From NCBI GenBank assembly GCA_964537195.1, contig CAZHYZ010000001.1, forward strand, positions 93,100 through 157,099: 64,000 nt of DNA, written 5' to 3'. Made by a program: the position numbers and the translations under genes. Under the pieces are notes generated by a model. The model was not told the DNA's origin. It made no database searches and saw only the letters and a list, made by a program, of their open reading frames with translations. The first letter of the stretch is position 1; the number at the start of each line of letters is the position of its first letter. This document shows, piece after piece, positions 34,175 to 44,411 of this stretch. The stretch is from an uncultured Methanosarcinales archaeon. Lineage in GTDB: Archaea > Nanobdellota > Nanobdellia > Woesearchaeales > GW2011-AR15.

Positions 34175-36601
34175 ATGAAACTTCCAAAGAGATATGATCC
34201 AAAAGAATCAGAGAAAAAGTGGCAAGAATACTGGGAAAAGAACCAAATTTACAAGTTTGATAAAAAAGATACTAAAAGACCACTTTATGTAATAGACACA
34301 CCACCACCAACTGTTTCTGGTGATATGCACTTAGGACATGCTTTTTCATATTCTCAAAATGATTTTGTAGCAAGATATCAGAGAATGACAGGTAAGAATG
34401 TTTTTTATCCTTTTGGAACAGATGATAATGGTCTTGCAACAGAAAGATTGGTTGAAAGAAAAAACAAAATTCGTTCTGTAAATATGAAGCGCTCTGAATT
34501 CATTAAATTATGCCTTACCACTTTAGATAAGATAAGACCGGACTTTATCCAAGATTGGAAAAATATTGGAATGAGTTGTGACTTTTCATTATTCTATTCT
34601 ACTATTAATGACCATTGCCGTAGAATAAGCCAGTGGTCTTTCTTAGATTTATACAAAAGGGGTAGAGAGTACAGAAAAGAAGCACCAACTATGTGGTGTC
34701 CCGAATGCCAGACAGCAATAGCACAGGTTGAGTTAGAAGACAAAGAATTCAAGAGTACTTTTAATGACTTGATATTCAAAATAGGGGACAAAGATTTAAT
34801 TATCGCTACAACAAGACCAGAGTTATTGAGTAGTTGTGTTGCTGTTTTTGTACACCCAGATGATAAACGATATAAGAAATATGTTGGGAAGAAAGCAATC
34901 GTTCCAATATTCAATCATGAAGTTCCTATTTTAGTTGATAAAAGAGCTGATATGGAAAAAGGTACGGGGGCAGTAATGTGCTGTACTTTTGGTGACCAGA
35001 CAGACATTGAGTGGTATAAAGCACACAATCTCCCTTTAAGGATTTCTATAACAAAAGACGGAAGGATGACAAAAAAGGCAGAAAAATATGAAGGAATGTC
35101 TACAAAAGAAGCACGCAAGATGATTATTGAAGACCTGGATAAACAAGGTCTTCTTGTAAAACAAGAACCAATTAAACATACAGTAAATGTTCACGAGCGT
35201 TGTGGAATACCTGTTGAAATCCTAAATACAAAACAATGGTTTATACAATATCTAGATTTAAAAGACCTATTCTTAATAAAAGGGGCAGAGATGAACTGGT
35301 ATCCACAACATATGCGTTCTAGATTAGATAATTGGATAGAAGGATTACAATGGGATTGGTGTATCTCAAGACAGAGACATTTTGGAGTCCCATTCCCTGT
35401 GTGGTATTGTAAGAAATGTGATAAAGAGATTATTGCAAAACAAAAAGATTTACCAGTTGATCCCATGGAGGATAAGCCACCTGTAAAAAAATGTCCTGAA
35501 TGTGGCTCTACAGAATTTATTCCAGAAAAAGATGTTTTTGATACCTGGGCGACATCTTCATTAACTCCAATGTTGGCTGGAGAATTAATTAAAGGAACAC
35601 CTAATTACAAGAAGATGTATCCAATGGACTTAAGGCCACAGGCTCACGACATAATTACTTTTTGGCTCTTCAATACAATGGTTAAAAGTCAATTACACTT
35701 TGATAGAAATCCCTGGGAGGACATAATAATTTCAGGTTGGGCACTTGATCCTCACGGTAAAAAAATGTCCAAGAGCAAAGGCAATGTGATTCATCCACAA
35801 GAGATGATTAAGAAATATTCTGCAGATGCATTGAGATTCTGGGCAGCAGGCTCTAAACTTGGAGAGGATTTACCATTCCAAGAAAAAGACTTAGTTACGG
35901 GCAAGAAAACCATTACAAAATTATGGAATGCATCCAAGTTTTCACTAATGCATTTAGAAGATTACAAAGGAGAAAAGCCAGAACTTGAGGTAATGGATAA
36001 ATGGTTATTAACTAAATTGCAGAAGTTGATTTTTAGTGTTACTGAATCTTTTGAAAAATATGAATATTCAAAAGTTAAACAAGAGACAGAACAGTTTTTC
36101 TGGAATGTCTTTTGTGATAATTATCTTGAGATTGCTAAAGATAGGCTCTATAATCCTGAACAGCATAGAGAAGGTGCAAGAGAATCTGGCCAATATGCTC
36201 TTTATGAAGCCTCACTTAACATATTGAAGTTATTTGCTCCAATAATGCCTTACATAACAGAAGAAATCTACCAGTTATATCATGCAGAAAAAGAGAAATT
36301 ACTTAGCATACATGTATCTCAATGGCCACAGTTTAATGAAAAATTAGTATATAATGATGCAGAGAAAACAGGAGATTATGCTGTAGATATAATCTCTGCC
36401 GTTAGAAAGTTCAAATCTGAAAAAAATCTCTCCTTGAAAACAGAGCTTAAGATGTTGACAATTGAATGTTCTAAAAGGGTTAGAGAATTGCTTGAATTAA
36501 TATTGGGAGATTTATCTGCAACAACAAAAGCTAAAGATATTGAATTTGGAAAAGCAGATTTACAAATAAATGATAAAATAAAATTATCTATTGAATTATA
36601 A
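34175..36601 (+). CDS. valS: Valyl-tRNA synthetase (class I aaRS). Start preferred at MKLPKRYDPKE after the RBS aaaggtga; the ORF track starts at 34121.
   Basis: PPPTVSGDMHLGHA (HIGH) and KMSKSKGN (KMSKS). Editing-domain-sized insertion. Confidence 0.8.
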   Translation: MKLPKRYDPKESEKKWQEYWEKNQIYKFDKKDTKRPLYVIDTPPPTVSGDMHLGHAFSYSQNDFVARYQRMTGKNVFYPFGTDDNGLATERLVERKNKIRSVNMKRSEFIKLCLTTLDKIRPDFIQDWKNIGMSCDFSLFYSTINDHCRRISQWSFLDLYKRGREYRKEAPTMWCPECQTAIAQVELEDKEFKSTFNDLIFKIGDKDLIIATTRPELLSSCVAVFVHPDDKRYKKYVGKKAIVPIFNHEVPILVDKRADMEKGTGAVMCCTFGDQTDIEWYKAHNLPLRISITKDGRMTKKAEKYEGMSTKEARKMIIEDLDKQGLLVKQEPIKHTVNVHERCGIPVEILNTKQWFIQYLDLKDLFLIKGAEMNWYPQHMRSRLDNWIEGLQWDWCISRQRHFGVPFPVWYCKKCDKEIIAKQKDLPVDPMEDKPPVKKCPECGSTEFIPEKDVFDTWATSSLTPMLAGELIKGTPNYKKMYPMDLRPQAHDIITFWLFNTMVKSQLHFDRNPWEDIIISGWALDPHGKKMSKSKGNVIHPQEMIKKYSADALRFWAAGSKLGEDLPFQEKDLVTGKKTITKLWNASKFSLMHLEDYKGEKPELEVMDKWLLTKLQKLIFSVTESFEKYEYSKVKQETEQFFWNVFCDNYLEIAKDRLYNPEQHREGARESGQYALYEASLNILKLFAPIMPYITEEIYQLYHAEKEKLLSIHVSQWPQFNEKLVYNDAEKTGDYAVDIISAVRKFKSEKNLSLKTELKMLTIECSKRVRELLELILGDLSATTKAKDIEFGKADLQINDKIKLSIEL

Positions 36602-39600
36602 TCTTTTCAGAACTCCATCAATATATTCCTCATTAATGCCTTGCCCTTTTAGTAATGTCTTAATCTCCTCAGGATCATCTGTTTTGTATTTTTCTTTTAC
36701 TTCTTTTATCTTGCTTTTTATTATCTCATCCATCTTGTCCTCTTTTACAAATTCGAATTTTGTCTTTATCAAGACAACACCAAGAATTATTGCAATTAAG
36801 ATAAGAGATGGAATAGCAATATTAACTGGGGAATATTCTCCTTCTTTGAAATTAGATGAGTAAACAAAATCTTCTAGTTTATCTAAGCAGCCTTTGTCAA
36901 CAGTTCCTTCAACATCATATGTTATCTCTAGGTCTTCTTCAACATTGGCAAATCTCCAAGCAATAACTGGGTCATCTTCAATAACATTGTAGTTTTTCCC
37001 ATTAAAATATATGTTCTGAGATTGTTGAGCAAGACATTTTGGTACATTCTGATAGTAGACAAAATCTTCAACAGGATCCTCAACCTTCATAGAAAGTCTA
37101 TATCTTGTGAATTTCTTATCTTCTTTCATAAATACCATCTTCTCAAATTTTAAAGAGTTTTTCATCCTTTCAGAATTACTTTCTAATGTATTTCTCATTT
37201 CGGGGGAAACATTTAGGAATGAAGATTCCATAAGGTTGTTTAACTTTAATTGTTGTGTTCTTATAACTTGGTGGAAGGTCTCACTTACTATATTTATTTC
37301 AGAACAATCCTCTTGATTCGGGTTGTATTTGTTTGGACAGTTATCTATATTTCCGCAAATACTGTCTTCATCAATATCATTATTAGCATCTTCTGGACAC
37401 AAATCACATACGTTGCCTATTTTATCTTCATCAGAATCTTCTTGATTCGGATTGAAAACAGTAGGACAGTTGTCTATGTTGCCACAGATACCATCATCAT
37501 CAAAATCATTTAAAGGATCTGAAGGACATATATCACACTCATCTCCAATACCGTCATTGTCTGTGTCATTTTGTTTTGGATTATATATTTCTGGGCAATT
37601 GTCAACTATATCTTGGAAACCATCTCCATCAGAATCAGTTGAGCATGAAGAGTCAAAGTCGCAAGCATCTCCTATGCCATTGTTATCACAATCAATTTGG
37701 CTAGGATTGAATTTGTTTGGACAATTATCAAAATTACCGCAAATTAAGTCGTTATCAATATCATTCTCAGGGTCGTTTATACACTTATCGCACGTATCTC
37801 CTTTTCCGTCTTTGTCTGAGTCAAATTGGTTTTGGTTCTTAAGGGTGGGACAATTATCTATGTTGCCACAGATACCATCATCATCTATATCATTTAATGG
37901 ATCCAATGGGCAAATATCACAAGCATCTCCAATTCCATCTCCGTCTTTATCGAGTTGGTAGGGATTATCTATCTCAGCACAATTATCTTCTACATTAATA
38001 AATTCATCATAATCAATTTCTGTACTGCAATCAGAATCTAAGTCACAGGCATCTCCAGTGTTGTCATTATCGCAATCTATCTGGTTGAGATTAAATCTTG
38101 TTGGGCAGTTATCTATATTTCCGCAGATACCATCTTTATCAAGGTCATTATAAGGATCATCTCTACAAATGTCGCACACATCTCCAATCCCGTCAGAATC
38201 TATGTCTTTTTGATTGGTATTTCTTGTTAAGGGACAGTTGTCTACGTCCCCACAAATACCATCTCTGTCTTCATCATTAAAAGGATCTTGTGGACACCCA
38301 TCACAGGCATCTCCAATGTTGTCATTATCACAATCCTTTTGTTTTGGATTATATATTTCTGGGCAATTGTCAACTATATCTTGGAAACCATCTCCATCAG
38401 AATCAGTTGAGCATGAAGAGTCAAAGTCGCAAGCATCTCCAATGTTGTCATTATCACAATCTGTCTGGCTTGGATTATATCTTCCCGGACAATTATCTAT
38501 GTTGCCGCAATAATTGTCTGAGTCAATATCATTTAGTTCATCCTTTGGGCATTGGTCGCATATATTTCCCAGGCCATCATCATCTGAATCTACTTGAGTT
38601 GGATTATATTGATAAGGACAATTATCTATGTCTCCACCAACCCCATCATTATCAACATCATTAAATGGATCATTAGGAAAATCATCGCAGACATCTCCTA
38701 ATTTGTCTCCATCACTATCTCTCTGATTTTTATTTGATTTGCTTGGGCAGTTGTCTATGTTATCTGCTATACCGTCTCCATCAGAATCAGTTGAGCATGA
38801 AGAGTCAAAGTCGCAAGCATCTCCAATGTTATCATTATCACAATCTTTTTGTTGTGGGTTTGGTTTGTCTGGGCAATTATCTATGTTACCACACACACCA
38901 TCAAAATCCTTATCATTAAATTCATCTTCTGGGCAATCATCACACACATCTCCAATTCCATCTCCGTCTGAGTCTTCTTGGTCTTCGTTTGGATAATAAG
39001 GACAGTTATCTTCATCTGCACACTTACCATCTCCATCTATATCATTGTCCACATCATATGGACACTCATCGCAAGCATCTCCAGCTCCCGCACCATCAGA
39101 ATCTTTTTGTTGTGGGTTTGGAGTGTAGACACAATTATCTATTTCATCACACCATCCGTCATCATCATAATCATTATCTAAAATACAACTACCTTCTCCA
39201 CCACATTTAATAACACCCGGACAAGAGTTCATATTACACGGAATCTCTAAAGTGTAATCTCCTTCATCTTCTTCATTCTCATCTATTAAGGAATCACAGT
39301 CATCATCTAAACCATTACATACTTCTGTTTTTGGACCTATGCTGTTTCTGCAAGTAGACCATTCACCATTTACACATGTCTGAGTTCCTTGTTTACATTC
39401 TCCTGTTGATATGCCACATGGATTTGTCTCTCCATTATCACAGTTACCACAACCTTCATCTGTGCTTCCATCACAATCATTGTCTAGATTGTCGCCGCAT
39501 ATTTCATTTATGGGTTTAATTTCTCCAACACATTCTTTATTTGTAAAATCCCATTCACCATTTTCACAAGTTGCTGTTTGAGTTCCTTTTTTACATTCTC

Positions 39601-40501
39601 CAACATCAGAACCACATTTTCTCTTATTGGAACCCACACATATTTCTTCTTCTTCTTCACTAGCCAAAACACAATTGCTTGTATCTCTTTTGCAGCTACT
39701 GGTGCATATTAAGTTTCCACTTGAATAAATGCTGTTAAAATTTTTACAAGTTCCGTCATATATTCCAAAATCTTTTGTATCACATTCTTCTCCAAAATTT
39801 TTTATAGTGTTTCCACACTCATCTGGTATTTGTTCACCTTCACTAGGATCTGTTTCCTCTTCAGTTGGTACACATTTATTTTCAACAGGATCACATTCAT
39901 AACCCTCGCCACAAACACAACCATCTCCACAATCATTTGGTGGACAGGTTTCCTGTTCAGGTTCATCTTGATAGCATGTGTTTGTCTCTAAATCACATTT
40001 TAAATCATCGCTCGGACAAGGATTATCTTTGTCACAAGAAAATATTGAAAAAAGTGGCTTTGCCCCTCCAGTCCCACTAGGGACACATTGATTGCTCTGA
40101 ACATCACAAACCAAGCCTTCTCCACAATCCTTTTTTTCTGGCCTACAAATCGCGTTTTCAGTACAAAGACCATACTTACAACCCTCTCCACACCCAATTT
40201 GTCCGCATTGTTGTGCATCAGTCACTGGAATCTGAGTTAAAGGTGGTCTTTCTTCATCTCCCTCATCACTCTCTTCACAAAAATCCAAATAACAGCAATC
40301 AGGGTGAGAAAGTTTCTCTTCTCCACCACTTACAACAATACAATCTCCTGAGCTTTCTATTCTGTAGTATAAGTAATTTTCATTATAATCATTACATTGA
40401 TTGAACATTTTAAGGGTGGTACAGATTACTGGATCTGCAATCACAAACGTACTCAATGCCATAAACAACAGAAACAATATCACAACCTTTTTTTTATTCA
40501 T
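36596..40501 (-). CDS. Giant (1301 aa) secreted protein with ~20 thrombospondin type-3 calcium-binding repeats, N-terminal Cys-rich/MopE-like modules, a C-terminal TM anchor and a short cytoplasmic tail
   Basis: Sec signal MNKKKVVILFLLFMALSTFVIA|DP. Repeated DxDxDGxGDxCDxCPxDxxNDxDxDGxCGNIDNCPxxxNPxQxDCDNDNIGDACD units. TM IAIPSLILIAIILGVVLI. Converges on valS. Confidence 0.7.
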   Translation of the reverse strand: MNKKKVVILFLLFMALSTFVIADPVICTTLKMFNQCNDYNENYLYYRIESSGDCIVVSGGEEKLSHPDCCYLDFCEESDEGDEERPPLTQIPVTDAQQCGQIGCGEGCKYGLCTENAICRPEKKDCGEGLVCDVQSNQCVPSGTGGAKPLFSIFSCDKDNPCPSDDLKCDLETNTCYQDEPEQETCPPNDCGDGCVCGEGYECDPVENKCVPTEEETDPSEGEQIPDECGNTIKNFGEECDTKDFGIYDGTCKNFNSIYSSGNLICTSSCKRDTSNCVLASEEEEEICVGSNKRKCGSDVGECKKGTQTATCENGEWDFTNKECVGEIKPINEICGDNLDNDCDGSTDEGCGNCDNGETNPCGISTGECKQGTQTCVNGEWSTCRNSIGPKTEVCNGLDDDCDSLIDENEEDEGDYTLEIPCNMNSCPGVIKCGGEGSCILDNDYDDDGWCDEIDNCVYTPNPQQKDSDGAGAGDACDECPYDVDNDIDGDGKCADEDNCPYYPNEDQEDSDGDGIGDVCDDCPEDEFNDKDFDGVCGNIDNCPDKPNPQQKDCDNDNIGDACDFDSSCSTDSDGDGIADNIDNCPSKSNKNQRDSDGDKLGDVCDDFPNDPFNDVDNDGVGGDIDNCPYQYNPTQVDSDDDGLGNICDQCPKDELNDIDSDNYCGNIDNCPGRYNPSQTDCDNDNIGDACDFDSSCSTDSDGDGFQDIVDNCPEIYNPKQKDCDNDNIGDACDGCPQDPFNDEDRDGICGDVDNCPLTRNTNQKDIDSDGIGDVCDICRDDPYNDLDKDGICGNIDNCPTRFNLNQIDCDNDNTGDACDLDSDCSTEIDYDEFINVEDNCAEIDNPYQLDKDGDGIGDACDICPLDPLNDIDDDGICGNIDNCPTLKNQNQFDSDKDGKGDTCDKCINDPENDIDNDLICGNFDNCPNKFNPSQIDCDNNGIGDACDFDSSCSTDSDGDGFQDIVDNCPEIYNPKQNDTDNDGIGDECDICPSDPLNDFDDDGICGNIDNCPTVFNPNQEDSDEDKIGNVCDLCPEDANNDIDEDSICGNIDNCPNKYNPNQEDCSEINIVSETFHQVIRTQQLKLNNLMESSFLNVSPEMRNTLESNSERMKNSLKFEKMVFMKEDKKFTRYRLSMKVEDPVEDFVYYQNVPKCLAQQSQNIYFNGKNYNVIEDDPVIAWRFANVEEDLEITYDVEGTVDKGCLDKLEDFVYSSNFKEGEYSPVNIAIPSLILIAIILGVVLIKTKFEFVKEDKMDEIIKSKIKEVKEKYKTDDPEEIKTLLKGQGINEEYIDGVLKRL
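37573..37672. repeat. 100-nt perfect intragenic direct repeat (copy 1; copy 2 at 38341..38440; partial third copy at ~38777..38830) inside the TSP3-repeat gene
   Basis: gttttggattatatatttctgggcaattgtcaactatatcttggaaaccatctccatcagaatcagttgagcatgaagagtcaaagtcgcaagcatctcc is identical at both sites. Confidence 0.8.
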
Positions 40502-40582
40502 ACCCTTTACATTTCGTTATTAAAGTTTTTAAATCTTTTCAAAAAATTTTTAAACATCAACTTGTAATTACGTGCTATAATA

Positions 40583-42436
40583 ATGAGAAAGTCACAGTCA
40601 TCACTCTTTATAGTAATAGGACTTACCGTTCTTATTCTTTCTTCTATATTTATGGTAAAATCAACTCAAAAAAACCAAGTTGATTTAGAAAGTCAAAACT
40701 ATGAAGTTCGTTCAAACTTAATGATGAAGAAGGACATCAATGAGAATATTAACTTCTGTGTTGAAATTTCTGTTGAAACCTCAATTGAAGAGACAGGTAT
40801 AAGAGAGGAGACATTAAATGATTACAAAAAATTGGTTGCTTCTGAAATTAAAGAATGTATAACTCCTTTCTTTATTGACTTGGAGAAAAGATATTATGAT
40901 GTTGAAGAAGGAGATGTTGTTGTAGATGCCGGATTAAATTCAGAAAGCATTGTTGTAAATGTCATATATCCAATTACTATAGAAAACGGAAAAGAAATTG
41001 CACAATTTGATGAATTTCATTATACTTTTGACAGATCTAGTAAAGTAAGTATACCTGGCGGAATAACTGATAAGGAAACAAGAGTTGTCTCCCCAGATGA
41101 TAGAGCAGAACTTAGGATTCCTGAAGGAGTAGAGATTAGGGATGAAGAAGGTAATCTGGTTGATGAGGTTGGAATAAAAGTTGAAGATTTGCATTTTGAT
41201 GGTCTGGAAAACAAAGTTTTGATAGGTGAGCTTGTTTATGAGTTCTTTCCAGACGTTACTTTTTCAGAACCAGTTGAATTAGAAATTGAATTCAATCTTG
41301 AAGACATTCCAGAAGGTTATACAACAGAGAATTTGAAATTAGCATATTGGGACGAAGAAGACAGTATCTGGTATGCTCTACCTACAGAGATTAGAGATGA
41401 TAGAGCAATAGTAAATTCAACCCATCTTTCAAGATGGAGCCTTGGAATTGGAAGACCCATCTTGATTAATAAAAAAATCTTCAGGGAGAGATTTTCTCCT
41501 ACGGGTGGAAGTCCAAATAAAGGAGAAAAAGTTTGGTTAATTGGAGGCAGTGTTGGTGACCCTAAAGGAACAGTAAGGTTACAGATAAATTATGATCTTG
41601 AAAAATTGAAAGCCCACAAACAGTTTGGAGATTGGAGAGAAATAAAAAATGCAGAAAGGATTAATTTTACTTGGTTCCCTAAAACAGACTATGGTTATTA
41701 TGAGGATCCAAATGATTTTGATTCATTTGTTAACTGTGAAGAACCTGGAGAGAATTATGGTGTAGAATACCTGATGAAAGCAGGATATCCTTATTTTGTT
41801 GAAGAATACTATGATGATGAAACAAATACTACTAAAGAAAGAGACATCCTTGGTTGGCATAATCTACAGTGCAATGGCGGCAGAGTATTGCCAGAAGAAG
41901 GAAAACCAGTTTCTGATTTCTTGATATTCCAATCAAAAGGCAACTCAATACTTGGCCTTTCACACAGGGAAGATCCATTAATGAAGACTTTTGTCTATCC
42001 TATTGAAGGTTCAGTAAATAAATATTATTTATTAGATCCAGATAATGAAGATCCAAAATATACCTTCTATTGTGAATTTATTGAGTTTCCTGATGGAGGC
42101 ACAGTTAAAGAAATTACTCTTAATCCTGAGGATTTGGCAGGTTCTCCACTTCTAGAAGGCGGCTTAGATATAAACTCTAGCTATTTAACTTTCGGAGTAT
42201 ATGGAGTAAAAGCATTCAAAGATACAAATCATCCAATATCAAGATATGATACACATGCTCAATGTGAACTCTTTTGGTATTATTGGGGAAGTGGAGCAGA
42301 ATATACAAACGTTCCTGTTAAAGAGACTTTCAAAGGGTTAAAAATACCTTATGAAATTTGGATAGAACCTTTCACTGAGGATGCTTTATCCCTTTTAATT
42401 AAAGCAAAAAACACCATTACAGGATTTTTTGATTAA
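40583..42436 (+). CDS. Large (617 aa) class III-signal surface protein, paralog of 42487..44406
   Basis: MRKSQSSLFIVIGLTVLILSSIFMV. Shared blocks with the next gene (NINFC, HYTFDRS, IPGGITD, SPDDRAE, GWHNLQCNGGRVLP, AQCEL). Confidence 0.55.
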   Translation: MRKSQSSLFIVIGLTVLILSSIFMVKSTQKNQVDLESQNYEVRSNLMMKKDINENINFCVEISVETSIEETGIREETLNDYKKLVASEIKECITPFFIDLEKRYYDVEEGDVVVDAGLNSESIVVNVIYPITIENGKEIAQFDEFHYTFDRSSKVSIPGGITDKETRVVSPDDRAELRIPEGVEIRDEEGNLVDEVGIKVEDLHFDGLENKVLIGELVYEFFPDVTFSEPVELEIEFNLEDIPEGYTTENLKLAYWDEEDSIWYALPTEIRDDRAIVNSTHLSRWSLGIGRPILINKKIFRERFSPTGGSPNKGEKVWLIGGSVGDPKGTVRLQINYDLEKLKAHKQFGDWREIKNAERINFTWFPKTDYGYYEDPNDFDSFVNCEEPGENYGVEYLMKAGYPYFVEEYYDDETNTTKERDILGWHNLQCNGGRVLPEEGKPVSDFLIFQSKGNSILGLSHREDPLMKTFVYPIEGSVNKYYLLDPDNEDPKYTFYCEFIEFPDGGTVKEITLNPEDLAGSPLLEGGLDINSSYLTFGVYGVKAFKDTNHPISRYDTHAQCELFWYYWGSGAEYTNVPVKETFKGLKIPYEIWIEPFTEDALSLLIKAKNTITGFFD

Positions 42437-42486
42437 CTTCTTTTCAAAAATATTTATATATTACTAAATAAGTAGACTATGTAATA

Positions 42487-44406
42487 ATGAAAAAAGCGCA
42501 GTCATCACTATTTGTATTAATAGGTCTTGCCGTTTTAATTTTAGTTTCTATATTCTTTGTTAGTTTATCTGGAAGAAAACAAGTTAATTTTGAAGCAAAA
42601 AATTATGATGGCCTTACAGAATTAAGAATGAGGGAAGATATTAGTGAAAACATCAACTTTTGTATAGAAAACTCAGTAAGAACAACAATGCAGGATACAG
42701 GAATTAGACAAGAAACACTTGTAGAATATGAAAGTCTAACTACTACCAGAATAGATAATTGTGTCAGTCCTTTAATTGAAGAATTAGAAAGGCAGGAATA
42801 TGATGTTGATGAAGGCAATATTATTGTTGACATAAATCTAAATCCTGAAGCAATTGTTGTTGAAGTTGATTATCCTACAAAGATAGAAAAAGGTGACAGG
42901 CTAATTCAGTTTACTGATTTTCACTATACTTTTGACAGATCTGCCACAGTGAAAATTCCGGGTGGGATAACTGATGATGAAATAATTGTTGTTTCTCCTG
43001 ATGACAGAGCAGAAATAGTAATTCCTCCAGGAGTTGAGATTAGAGACCAAGAAGGTAATTTGGTTGATGAAATTGGATTGAAAGTTGATGATTTACATTT
43101 TGGTGGTTTAGAAAATAAACATGTTGTTGGACAATTAGTATATGAAGGTTATCCAGATGTTACTTTCTCCAAACCCGTTCAACTTTCTTTGGATTTTAGA
43201 GAAGAAGATATTGGTGATATTCCAGAAGAAGAAAGCATAGCAGTTTCTTATTGGGACGAAGATAATCAGGTATGGTATGCTTTTCCAACAGAGATACATG
43301 ATGGAGTTGCTACAGCCAATGTTACACACCTAAGTTTTTGGACAATTAATAGGTGGCTTCCAAGATATTTTATTACTGAAGAATTCAATACTAGATTCAC
43401 TCCCACAGGTGGAAGTCCTACCGAAGGTGAAAAAATTTGGTTAATAGGTGGTAGAGAATACTCTAAAGAAGGAACAGTCTCTTTTCAGATTAATTGGGAC
43501 TTTGAAAGATTGAGGGCCAGAGAGGATTATGAAGATTGGAAAGAAACTCTTGAAGAAATAAAAGACGATTATATTTCCTTTCCAGTAACAGAATTTGGAT
43601 ATTATATTAATCCAGAGAATCCCAATTCAGAATTTATAAATTGTGAAGAGTCCCAGGAAATGTATGGAGTGGAATATCTAATGAAAGACGGATATCCTTA
43701 TTACAAAGTCTGTAATCCTGGAGTTGAAAATGCTGTTCGTTGTGAAGGTTGTGGAGATTATGAGTATTCCTTAAATTATTTGGAATGCAACCCTATTTGT
43801 AATGGTACTATGATGGGGGATTCTCCAGGTCAACCAGGTAAAATTTGTGTTCCAATATCTTCAGGTTCAAAAAGATGTAAAATTAGAGATGAATGTATAG
43901 AAAGAGAAGGTTGGCATAACCTGCAATGCAACGGGGGGCGTGTTTTGCCAGGAGATGAAGATGCTGCATCCTTCTTTACTTGTGAAGGAAACGGAAATTG
44001 TGTTATATATCACTTAGTTGTTCAGGAATACCCTAATGGACCAAATGAGTTTACTTATGCTGATTTCAAATCAGTACTTGGACAAGGTTTTGATACTTCC
44101 CCTTTTGCTTTCTATTGTGATATAAAACCCTTTCCAGGCGAAGAGGGCAAAACTTTTCAAGATTATTTAGGAACACAGCACAGCAATTTTGAACTTTCAG
44201 ATGGTTCAGCAGCATGGGGAGTTTATGGTGTTGATATTTTTAAAAGAGTTGACCATGATAATGCTAGAATATCAACAAATGCACAATGTGAACTTATTTG
44301 GGAAATCAAGGGTAAGGGAGATATTACTTTCAATAATCCGAATGCTGTAAGCGGACAGGAGTTTATCAAGAAAAAGATAGAAGAAAGAAGAAATTCTAAT
44401 AATTAA
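42487..44406 (+). CDS. Large (639 aa) class III-signal surface protein, tandem paralog with an extra Cys-rich insert
   Basis: MKKAQSSLFVLIGLAVLILVSIFFV. Co-linear with 40583..42436. Confidence 0.55.
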   Translation: MKKAQSSLFVLIGLAVLILVSIFFVSLSGRKQVNFEAKNYDGLTELRMREDISENINFCIENSVRTTMQDTGIRQETLVEYESLTTTRIDNCVSPLIEELERQEYDVDEGNIIVDINLNPEAIVVEVDYPTKIEKGDRLIQFTDFHYTFDRSATVKIPGGITDDEIIVVSPDDRAEIVIPPGVEIRDQEGNLVDEIGLKVDDLHFGGLENKHVVGQLVYEGYPDVTFSKPVQLSLDFREEDIGDIPEEESIAVSYWDEDNQVWYAFPTEIHDGVATANVTHLSFWTINRWLPRYFITEEFNTRFTPTGGSPTEGEKIWLIGGREYSKEGTVSFQINWDFERLRAREDYEDWKETLEEIKDDYISFPVTEFGYYINPENPNSEFINCEESQEMYGVEYLMKDGYPYYKVCNPGVENAVRCEGCGDYEYSLNYLECNPICNGTMMGDSPGQPGKICVPISSGSKRCKIRDECIEREGWHNLQCNGGRVLPGDEDAASFFTCEGNGNCVIYHLVVQEYPNGPNEFTYADFKSVLGQGFDTSPFAFYCDIKPFPGEEGKTFQDYLGTQHSNFELSDGSAAWGVYGVDIFKRVDHDNARISTNAQCELIWEIKGKGDITFNNPNAVSGQEFIKKKIEERRNSNN

Positions 44407-44411
44407 TAAAT

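Noticed and set aside
37400-39200. Possible CRISPR array, suggested by regularly spaced near-identical DNA repeats
   Set aside because: The repeats are in frame within a continuous 3.9-kb ORF, are 100 nt or longer, and encode TSP3 units. There are no unique spacers and no cas genes.
37107-40404. Series of plus-strand ORFs (for example 37452..37961, 38214..38513, 38290..38664)
   Set aside because: All are antisense to the single long TSP3-repeat gene. Their repetitiveness mirrors the coding repeats.
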